In this document: in pieces, positions 52,196-61,550 of the stretch
How the letters are laid out: each line of letters opens with the position of its first letter
How positions within the stretch are numbered: position 1 is the stretch's first letter
From: Epithemia pelagica
Lineage: Eukaryota; Protista; Bacillariophyta
Direction of reading: 5' to 3'
Assembly (NCBI GenBank): GCA_946965045.2
Contig: OX337239.1
Coordinates: forward strand, 1,674,001-1,738,000
Length of the DNA stretch: 64,000 bases
Translations under genes and position numbers: made by a program
Notes under the pieces: model-generated
What the model was told of the DNA's origin: nothing
Databases searched by the model: none
What the model saw: the letters and a program-made list of their open reading frames with translations, nothing else

Positions 52196-55100
52196 ATGTC
52201 TTCTCTTACCAGTAGACATCGCGCGCCACGCGCAAAAAGCCACGGAATCTTGCCGACTTCCCCACGAAAACAGCCGAAACGACAGGGATTTCGTCTCCAA
52301 CACGATTCCGTGCCAATGAGGCCGGTCGCGGTTGCCGTGCCCCAGGACATGGACAATGGTGTCGATGTTTCTGGAGCGACAATGGACCCAACCACGATGA
52401 CTGTCCCTGAGGAGAATGACTCTCCTCCACCACCACCAGCACCCTTGGTGGTGAACCCATACAAAAAGCTCAGCAAGGAGCAAGAGATGGGTGGGCAGAG
52501 TCAACAACGAAACAACCAAACAAAAAGGGCAAAGTCGTTAGCACAACAGAGAAGCAACAAGAAGAGGAAGCAACAAGAGGCAAAGCAGTTGAGGCAGCTC
52601 ACGCTTGAGAAGAAAAAGGCCTTTGAGCCAGACAGGGACTGCACCATCTGCAGTTCCAAAAGGCTTGGGACCAAGCCTCCCAAGCGCCCCCATCACGTCT
52701 TCTGCCCGAAGAACACAAAGACCAGGGGCATACCAGACCACTTGGTAGAGGCCATGAAGGAGGAGGAACGACTGAAGAAAGAGGCCAACAAGGAAGTGAC
52801 TTACCATCCAATCATCATGAGGCAAGAAGATTTCAACCTCTTCTTTCGTCTCAACAATAAACCTGTCTCGGAAGCTTCAAATGAAGCAACGACCGTGACA
52901 GAGGACGATTTGAAACTTTCCAGGGTTCGAAAGGGGAAGCGGAACTGTATTGCGCGCACGGACTGCCTGATCAATAATCAGGTGACGTCCGCCGTTGGGT
53001 CCAATGAGTATGTATTTATGCAATCGGTACTGGCTAAATACAAGGAGATAGAACAAGACGAGTCGATCACGTGTCCGAAAACAATGTACGCGCTTGCCAA
53101 GACTATTGCCGAAACTTGTTTGGAACGGAAGCGCGACGTGCGGTCACTTAAGCCGTTCATGCGAGACATGTGTTTGACTGTACCCGACGTGCGAAACAAC
53201 AATAATGCCCTGTGGGACTCAATTGTAGGGCGACGTTTGTACATTGTTGACTGGGAGCTGTTTATGCCGGTGGAGTTTCAGAAAATTGGGCTTAAGTGTC
53301 CAAAGTGTAGCAACTGTACACTACAACGCGAGCGGACCAACCTTTCCAAGAGCAAAAGTCTATTCCCCATTTTTGGTCTTGATGGCGCACCGTCTTACGC
53401 CCTTGTCACGCACTACCATTGCAAGGAGTGCAATACCACGCATGCCGGCAACGACGGAGCACTTCTCAATTCGCTGCCTCCACATTTTGCGAAATGGTAT
53501 CCGGTCGAAGCAAAGTGGGCTCGAGGTGCCCAGCACTTCGACATTACAACAACAACAGTGTTGGAGGAGGAGATGCTTACCTATGGCAATGGTGACCACT
53601 GTAGTGGACTATTGTATGCTGCAATCAACAGGGATTATAGGAATAGAATAACTAACTATTACTCCTTCTGTGATGCAACACATCAGCAAGGGCAAGAGTA
53701 TCCAGCGAAAGATGGAGAGTGGCTTACCAGGTATCCTCCTCTTGGTGAGACAATCAGACAGGCCTACCACAAGGCATCAAGATCCAGACTCAATCCCTGG
53801 AGAACAAGTGACTATGAGAGGCACACCAGGGAAATCCAAGCAGTGGGCTGCCAAACAAGTTTTGCCCAAGACCACACCTTCCAAGCAGTCAAGAACTATC
53901 CCAAGAGGCTCAAGGCAGAAGCTGTATGGGATGCTGCCAATGAAGTAGGCGAGATTGCATGTGCAATCTTGGTTCCAAACTTGGAAACCAAGACCTTCTC
54001 CCATGCTGCCCAACAACTCTGCAGCCGTGGAAATTTTAACCCGAGCGTCATCTATTCCGACACATTCCCCCACAAGAGCGATTATTGGGTTGGATTGTTG
54101 GGTGAAGATGTAGTCCCAAGACTGGGACTCTTTCATTTCCTCCAGCGAATTATAAAGACCCTGCGCCATAAACACATGGACTTTGGTGACGCGTTGCGCG
54201 AATTGTTGGATTGCATCTACGAGTATCACGATGGTGACTTCCATAAAGTCATCACGGCCCTGAAGAATGGCACCCTTGGAGGCAAGAAATGTAATGACAA
54301 GCAAATAGCAGAAATGAGACAGACCAAGGTTTTTTGCGAAAGATACGGCAAGTACTTACGGAAAATCATCCGCGCGTTCCAAACAATCGTGATGCGCCTG
54401 GAGGAGTGGAAGATAAAATATAAAGTGAGAAGTAGTAGTGACAGTGGGCCACCGGCACGAGGAAGGCTCGATCACAAGACACAACAACCATTGTTCACAC
54501 AAGATACACACTCAGCAATCGAAAACTGTAAAAAAAAGGCAGAGTTTCTCGCAGATCCGATTCCAATCGAAGACATGTATCGTGAGATCAAACCACACCC
54601 AAAATCAAGCCATCAATTTGTTAGAATTCTCACCGTCTATGGTGGTTAGATTCTACATCTCATCGATTCCCCATGTCACATAGCCTCGTGCTATCGCATC
54701 ATGCCATCTAGCTTCGAGCTATGTTCCCTAGCTTCGCGCTATATCGACCTATATTTCTTCGCAAATCATGAAAAGTGAGAATAGATTGACGAACTCACTC
54801 TCAAGACTAAACTGGGTCGTGCGGTATTACAACGGACGTAAATTTGGCCGTTGCTCGGACATTATACTAACGCCCTAAGCGTACGCGCCCGAAATCATCG
54901 AGCGCGCCCAAGCGACATCCGAGCGCTGTCGGCATCTATCCGACCCAACGGTCTAAGTATCCCAAGCACGACACACGATCACGCGAGACCATATTTCCAT
55001 TCCCACAATCTACAAATTGTCAACAAGCTGCGCGCCATGAAAACAACTATGCCAACCCAAAGCAAGAGCTGTTGACCTTGTATATGTTATCCGTCCACAT

Positions 55101-55972
55101 ATACATGTCATATACATCACATGAATCGACTCCAACTATTCCAAACCTGTTGCCGCCAAGAACCTATGACACATGACCCTTGGCAGGACCAAACATTTCA
55201 CGTAGACCTATCGTAGTAATCAACACACAATCTAACAATATCACCATTTATCACATCTCCTTTTGTGTCCCGACTATCCTTTTGATAGACTTCGACTTGC
55301 TTGCTTCTCTGACCCTGAGAAGCTTGTATCGGTTGGTGACCTACCTGATTGTCTGCTCTACCGAGCATCAAATGTGAGGCTCAGCGCAATATGCAAGATG
55401 AAGAAACAATGCAAACAAGAGAGACACTGGAACAACAAGATACAGAACAATCACGAGAAAATGAAAAAGAGCAACAAGTTGAGGAAAAAGAAGAGCATCA
55501 AGACGAAGCAAACCAAGAAGATGACGATGATCCAATGTTGAGTGATGAGGAGGAAGAGCTGCCGCCACCACCAGCTCCAACAGTGCAACAGTCTTCTCCA
55601 ACACGACCACAACGACCACCACCACAAACACAACAGCAACCTGCTCCCAAATCGCCACCAAGAACAGCAATACAACCGGCCCCCAGACCAATCACCATGC
55701 CACAACCACAAATGCCATCACTTCCACCATTGCTTCCGCCAAATACGCCGCTTGCTAGTGTTCATCACTTTCAGCAACAGCTGCTGCAGCAAGCGGCGTA
55801 TTACTCGTCGTACCTTGGTTGCCAACCTCTCCATCAACAACCAACACATCCACAACCGACTCAAAATTGTTGCATCCGCAATATTCAGTATTGGCAGAGG
55901 CCCAATCGTCGAGGCATCCCACCCCATGACAAATCTTGTTCCAACCATCCCAGTAATGCATCGTACCCTTAA
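52196..55972 (+). pseudogene. Interrupted transposase, copy 5, with a 455-bp deletion
   Basis: The junction GCATCAAATGTGAGG near 55370 removes the LTR 3' end and the GESKLESWH segment. Confidence 0.75.
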
Positions 55973-56329
55973 AACACAACAACAACATCGGTTAGAGAGC
56001 AGCAAAAATCAACACAGCATCAACAGCCAACAGTCGCGACTTACCATGGAGGCCAGACACTTTAAGACAAAGATTCAAGAGATATAACAACAACAACGAC
56101 GACAACAACAACAGTAGTGAGAAAACCATCGATCAGAAAATAATGAACTAACAAAAACTGTGCAAAACTTCTCGTCCATGCCGTAGCTATGATTGCGCGA
56201 TATACTGGAAACAATGTATGCCAATATCTTCGCACAGGCAATACAATCAGAGATCAAAGGCATATGTGAGGCTGACGATGTTTTGTATAGGTAAAAGACA
56301 CACGGTGTCAGCACTTACCGTAGTAAATC

Positions 56330-56541
56330 TACTTTAATAGCCAGGGTGGGACGAGGAGGAGCTAGGGTGTGAGGAGTGGCTTAACTCCGAGAAGGGCAAT
56401 AGCGACGAGGAGTGGAATGCCCCTGTGAGATCCGCTTAAGCGGATCGAGGGGGCAGTCCACGACAAGAAGCTATTGCCCGACGAGGAGTTAAGCCACGAG
56501 GAGCGCCCTGCGACGAGGAGTCCCCCGGGGCTATTAAAGTA
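56330..56541 (+). other. ~210-nt rod-like fold-back with six stems and purine-rich internal loops
   Basis: Perfect stems at 56330-42/56529-41 (13 bp), 56376-88/56485-97 (13 bp), 56394-403/56470-79 (10 bp) and 56429-35/56440-46 (7 bp), plus two imperfect stems. Confidence 0.85.
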
Positions 56542-56836
56542 TGTTAGCTTCCTTTGTCACGAGGAGTCGTGCCAGCGCGCTCTAGTTATTAATCGGTCTT
56601 CCTAAGTGATCGGTACTCTTAATGTATACTTAGTACTCGTGAGCCTAATTAGTCTTAGAGAATTAGGCTGGCCATACTCATGATGGCGCAATAGGTAATC
56701 TTTAATCCTTTGTAAATAACCCGGTCACTTAAGGGATCACATACAACTATATCGGATGACTTATAACGCTCAATGTCTAAGTATCATTCGTCCCACAATT
56801 ATTGCATGCCAATCAAACTCCGAGGCGTGCTTGTTC

Positions 56837-56844
56837 TATAAATA
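56837..56844 (+). promoter_or_regulatory. Candidate TATA box within the insertion
   Basis: TATAAATA, followed about 50 nt later by an (ACA/CA)-rich leader-like tract and a GTAAGT donor consensus at 57006. Confidence 0.35.
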
Positions 56845-57462
56845 CTCAAGCAGAATACTTATAGTCAATGTTCCCCATTTCCCACTCCGACTGATACAAC
56901 AACACAACACACAACACAGACACAGCACCAACAATAACCAACACCTACTTTTTCGTTTCCCGGGCTAATCTAGATTAATACACTAAATCAAAATATCCAT
57001 GTACAGTAAGTTTTGGGGCTTAGGTAGTGTGAGCGTGGGGAGTGACCCACTCCTCAGTGAGTGGGAAGGGCACGACGACGGTAGAACGACGAGTGATAAA
57101 GGTAGCCAGATACGTAGAACGACCGTAGGGAACTGCCAAATCCCCCTCCACCGGGACATTGGAGCAACACGTAGTCACCACACATCCCACACAGACCAGA
57201 AGCAGTGACAAATGGATCAACCAATGAGATCATAATATGATGGTGGCAATCGCACGTTCGTAGCAAAGGGAATCTTACCACTAATTCTTCCTCTTTTTTC
57301 TTTTTTCCTTCTTCTTCTTCTTTTTTCTCTTCCTTTCTTTCCCCTCCTCTTCTGCGACTTCCCCCTATAAAGTCGCAAAAGGAGAGATAGAATCGATTCA
57401 GTGAGAACGCCGGTCAGACGGATTTCTCGCCGATTTGCTTGTCGCGGCCGGAGACTTCGACC

Positions 57463-57873
57463 ATGACGCTCGCTGAGGAAGTTCGACAAAAGGTAAGAAG
57501 AAGTAGATTCTTTGATTGGTAGATATTGCGCCACTTCTTTTGGTTCTGGATGTGAGGTTTTCTTACATCATGATACATTTCCAAACAAATGCTGGACGAT
57601 ACTACGCGGCAAACCATCCAAAATGGCGAACCTTAGTGTCTCGCAGAATTGGCGGCGACGCACGTCGATTGTGTCGATTTGACCGAAGGCGGAACCAGTA
57701 GTTGTGATTCGGGGGCAAAGTTAGAACTGACAGTCGTCAGCGAGAAATTCCAAGGCCTTGCACTTTTGAAACGACATCGACTTGTCAACGAAACCATTGC
57801 GGAGTTTATGCCACGAATTCACGCCGTCACTATCAAAGCTTGGACACCCGCTCAATACGAAGAAAAGAAATGA
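57463..57873 (+). CDS. bolA: BolA-family protein, 2 exons
   Basis: MTLAEEVRQK, then intron 57493-57636, then CLAELAATHVDCVDL..SCDSGAKLELTVVSEKFQGLALLKRHRLVN...IHAVTIKAWTP. Confidence 0.9.
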
Positions 57874-58117
57874 GAAGAATGAATGATCAACGTCTTTCGT
57901 TTGTTGTCGAAGTACGAACTAAAATCCATAGACATGCTATTCGAGTGAGATCAATGTATCAAAATAGCACTTCACTAAACATTTCTGTCCGAAAACATCA
58001 TGACTCTGAACTCAGTCATCCTTGTTATAAAATGGTTCACCCCTAACATGAACAAATGCCTTATGTATTCAACTGAATGATTTCCCGTGTTTGATCTTTT
58101 AGTTTCCCTTTGATCTT

Positions 58118-58552
58118 TTAGTTTCCCTTTGTCTGTTGTGGTTGAGTAACGGGATCCTTGTGATGGTGTCGGAACGCGGAACACTTGGAAGATTGAAGGC
58201 TTAAGGAATCGAAGATCTCCATCGTACCGTCATCTTTCGTATGATGACGATTTCGTGTCCTTCTTCTAGTTCTTGGGTGGCTGTCATCCGTCTTCTCAGT
58301 ACTTGATGCGCCGTGTTCAGCTTCTTCTCCAGGGGAAAGAGAAACCACAACGTCTTGCTGTTCGTCGTGAGAGGAAAAGGATCCCACCGATCCGTGTGTT
58401 TTCACAATCACAGGGTCGCTCGGCTCCGACGGCCAAATTATGGCTACGCCTTCTTCAACTTGCTGTTGTTGTTGTTTGCTCTTGGGGTGGCCATGATTCG
58501 CAGCGTCTTCCATATTGTAGTCGTCATTTCTTTTGCTGTGCTCGAACTTCAC
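58118..58552 (-). CDS. Hypothetical low-complexity protein
   Basis: 144-aa ORF only; no family recognised. Confidence 0.3.
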   Translation of the reverse strand: MKFEHSKRNDDYNMEDAANHGHPKSKQQQQQVEEGVAIIWPSEPSDPVIVKTHGSVGSFSSHDEQQDVVVSLSPGEEAEHGASSTEKTDDSHPRTRRRTRNRHHTKDDGTMEIFDSLSLQSSKCSAFRHHHKDPVTQPQQTKGN

Positions 58553-58928
58553 GTCCTTTCCACCAGAATCTTGAAAGCAGGACGAGATCTTACTCGATGC
58601 TGTTTCGTTCGCTTCGAAGAAAATGATGATATGTTGATTATGCTATTCGTATTTGAAATGTGAGCCTTACCGGGTCTATTCGTAAGTCGGTGGTCGGGGT
58701 TGGGTGTTGGGGGACGTCGTATTGAAAACTTTGAAAATAATAGAATCTGGAAGCGAGAGGCCCAACAAAAATCTCATCACTCCTCTCCAGAAAGAGCCGG
58801 GGTGAGAGTGAGAAGGGGAACGGGGAACGGGGACCGGGGACCCCTTATTCCAGTCACACATCCTGGTTCTGCGAACGGCTGCACCACCGACACCACGCTC
58901 CAAAAGAAGTTCCAACAAACGGTGCAAG

Positions 58929-60842
58929 ATGAGACAAACAATGCATCTACTTTGGCTTTTCAACATTGTCCTTTTACCACACTTCTTGTTGAGGTCCTGG
59001 ATAGGTACCGTTTTGTCGTTTCAGTTTCAATCCCAGCCTCCTGCGCATCAATCTAATGAGCAACATCGCCGACCGTTGAATCCATCGGCATCTGCACCCT
59101 TTCATCGATACCACCCAGTTCATAACGGCACAGAGGACACTTGTAATATTCGGGGAAAGGTACAACTTCAGCTTGCCACATCATCGTCGGAACTGAAAAA
59201 GAAGAAGGGCCGGAAGCGAAATAGCACTTCATCTCGTTCCACCGACAACGCAAGCCGCAATCAACGTATCGAACACAACGATCAAGATCTCACAGAAGAA
59301 AACGATAAGAGCAATGACGATGGCAAATCTACCCCGGTTTCACCATCATTGGCATCAGTCGCGAAACGTCTCTCCCATGCCACCAAACGAGCATATGAGA
59401 AAAAGAAGCGAAGAGATCAACACCAGACGCTCCCATCGGACTCCAAAGACACGAACCAAAACAGCACTTCAAGTGAAAATGGAAATGACCTAGAAGACAA
59501 CTCTGCTATGGTCAGTTTGTTAGACTTGACTCGAACCATAGATGAGCGGTTGCGTGCCAGTCAATCTTCTCCCGAACTCCTCAACCGCGATTCCATGACA
59601 TCGGTGATCCGACACAATCACCAAAAGAACCAGAGGACTACGAGACATCCGGCCTACAACGACGCCAACATCTCAGACAGCAGCAACTCCACTCATGCAA
59701 ATTCTTCAGCAACTCATAGAGAGGTGGCAATTGTCCTTGGCAAGCCACTTCAGGAAGACTTGATAACGGTTCAATACGCCAATAGAATTCGCCGTTTGGT
59801 TCGAGCCATGATATCGAACGATGACCAAGGAGGATCTCCTTACCAACCCGATGTTATTTGTTTTGTCGGTCCCCAGTCACCGGGAAATATCTTGGTAGAT
59901 GCCGATGCTGGATACATGTATTTTCTTTATCTTGCCATGGCACATGGTGTATCGATTGAAGGTATTGACATTCATCTTGTAAAAGGATCAGTTCGTGACG
60001 GCGCGCTGCAACAAATATCTTCTTTTATTCAAGAATCGTGTCTACCGGTATGGTCGCGTGCCTCACACAAGGCCACAGATGACCAGGCTGCTCTAAATGG
60101 AGTCGACCTGCCTCCCGAAGGCATTCGTAAAAGGCATCGCCTCAATGTACACTTCTCTCTCATCTCCTCTGAGTATGAATTGTGTCAATTAAACGACATT
60201 CACGTACGGTCGCCCGGACAAAGCGTGTTGCGGGCCCTCGAAAGCTGGTCACAACGGAGTTTCGTCACCACATGGAGTTATATGTACGTGACAACCGTTT
60301 TGCCAGCCAAGGATGCGGCGAATCCGGCCCAATCGTTTTGTGCCAAAACGTATAAGACTGCACAACAACTCCTCCCCGTGATCCAGAATTTACGCAATGT
60401 TGTGAGCAATCGGGAATTCTTTCAAACAGAATCGTACCGTGTTCTGGTAGCCGCCCGCAGGTCCTTGGTCTCAGATATGGAAGCTTTGTATGCACATCAA
60501 CCACAGCTCAAGGCTGTACGCAATTGGCGAAAGCGAAACGTGGGAGGTATTGATAGCAGTCGCCCTGTTGATGTCGTACTGGAAGGCGCTTTATTGTTAT
60601 TGGGTCGCTGTGTGGACATTGTACGACCGGCAGGACTCTTGACTGGAGCGCCAGTGTCCCTAGACGACTGGAAGTTGGCCTTGGTAGTGTTGCGACAAGC
60701 ATTTGTGGCCATAACGACAGTTTGCGATCCAGACCGACCTCTCGATCCAGATGAATGGATGATTCTGGGCGATGATTCAGATCAAGAGGAAGAAGACCAA
60801 ACTACAACAGATATTTTGCGAGCATTGGCTGTTCGTGAATAA
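58929..60842 (+). CDS. Signal-peptide protein with a probable DUF218/YdcF-like domain
   Basis: Hydrophobic N-terminus, then a disordered region, then VAIVLGKPL.ED....Y..RI..L, PDVICFVG, ADAGY.YF. Confidence 0.65.
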   Translation: MRQTMHLLWLFNIVLLPHFLLRSWIGTVLSFQFQSQPPAHQSNEQHRRPLNPSASAPFHRYHPVHNGTEDTCNIRGKVQLQLATSSSELKKKKGRKRNSTSSRSTDNASRNQRIEHNDQDLTEENDKSNDDGKSTPVSPSLASVAKRLSHATKRAYEKKKRRDQHQTLPSDSKDTNQNSTSSENGNDLEDNSAMVSLLDLTRTIDERLRASQSSPELLNRDSMTSVIRHNHQKNQRTTRHPAYNDANISDSSNSTHANSSATHREVAIVLGKPLQEDLITVQYANRIRRLVRAMISNDDQGGSPYQPDVICFVGPQSPGNILVDADAGYMYFLYLAMAHGVSIEGIDIHLVKGSVRDGALQQISSFIQESCLPVWSRASHKATDDQAALNGVDLPPEGIRKRHRLNVHFSLISSEYELCQLNDIHVRSPGQSVLRALESWSQRSFVTTWSYMYVTTVLPAKDAANPAQSFCAKTYKTAQQLLPVIQNLRNVVSNREFFQTESYRVLVAARRSLVSDMEALYAHQPQLKAVRNWRKRNVGGIDSSRPVDVVLEGALLLLGRCVDIVRPAGLLTGAPVSLDDWKLALVVLRQAFVAITTVCDPDRPLDPDEWMILGDDSDQEEEDQTTTDILRALAVRE

Positions 60843-61550
60843 GTGACAAGGCAAGCACAAGGAACACAGACACAGAGCATCTGGTGACGCAAAAAACATG
60901 TAACTCAAAAGTCATGAAAACATATTCTTCATTGGTATCAATGGCCAATTTTGAGCAAGATCTTGGGTACACGTAAAAGAAGCCACCAACCAAGGATTAA
61001 ATCGCGCAAAGAATTCCAAGAACTTGCGACTTGCTTGCAAGCTCTGTGCTCTTGGTTGTTTTGTTGCAAGGAAAATTCGCATTGTTAATCAGTTCTCCAC
61101 CAACCCGGAAGAAACGGAATTCCACGGCGATTCAGTTACTCGAACGGAACAAGAATATCGTCTTCCACTTCAGTTCGCTTTTCTAGAGTGTTTGTTTCGG
61201 AGTCTGATAAAGCAAGAAGTTCACACAGAAGAATCGCGAGTTTCAATTCGCGACAGGGGTCTCCCGAAAATCGTCATTTCTGAGAGGTGTGGAGCCGGAG
61301 CTTAATGTCAATGTTCGATTGGTTCCGCAGTAATGATGGGTCACCCCGGAGAGCTGCAACTCGAGTCCCTCCAGTCATTTCCAAAACAGAAGAGCACCAT
61401 TGATCCATAAAGCATCATGGCGTGATAGGTCTTCGTCGCCAGCCCATAGTTTAGTCCCGTACGCGACCATACTGCTGCCGTCTGTCCTCCTGTGCGTCGC
61501 TGAATTGCGATCTGTCTGACAATGAGACGGCGCCTCAACAAGAACCTTTC

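Larger units (their letters stand above)
56324..57101. mobile_element. 778-bp non-coding, highly structured insertion unique to copy 5
   Basis: Absent from copies 1-4 (ACCGTAGCCAGA). Flanked by duplicated GTAG (56320-56323, 57102-57105). Contains nested inverted repeats, TATAAATA and a CA-rich tract. Confidence 0.85.
32273..57382 (+). repeat. Head-to-tail tandem array of 5 transposon units with a 4955-bp period
   Basis: The 817-aa ORF starts at 32376, 37331, 42286, 47241 and 52196. Length 25110 = 5x4955 + 8 + 782 (copy-5 insertion plus 4-bp duplication) - 455 (copy-5 deletion). Confidence 0.98.

Noticed and set aside
56351-56566. ACGAGGAG repeats as a CRISPR-like array
   Set aside because: The repeats are only 8 nt and irregularly spaced, the intervening segments pair with each other, there are no cas genes, and the context is eukaryotic.
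56324-57101. Hammerhead ribozyme / retrozyme, or a standard solo LTR
   Set aside because: No CTGATGA...GAAA core was found by eye on either strand, and the termini are not TG...CA. An Infernal search would be needed to exclude variant ribozymes.
32229-57534. Dozens of short antisense and alternate-frame ORFs repeated in every unit
   Set aside because: They are shadows of the transposase frame and of low-complexity tracts, with no recognisable motifs.
58091-58131. 19-bp tandem duplication TTGATCTTTTAGTTTCCCT
   Set aside because: Ordinary slippage duplication in intergenic/UTR sequence.
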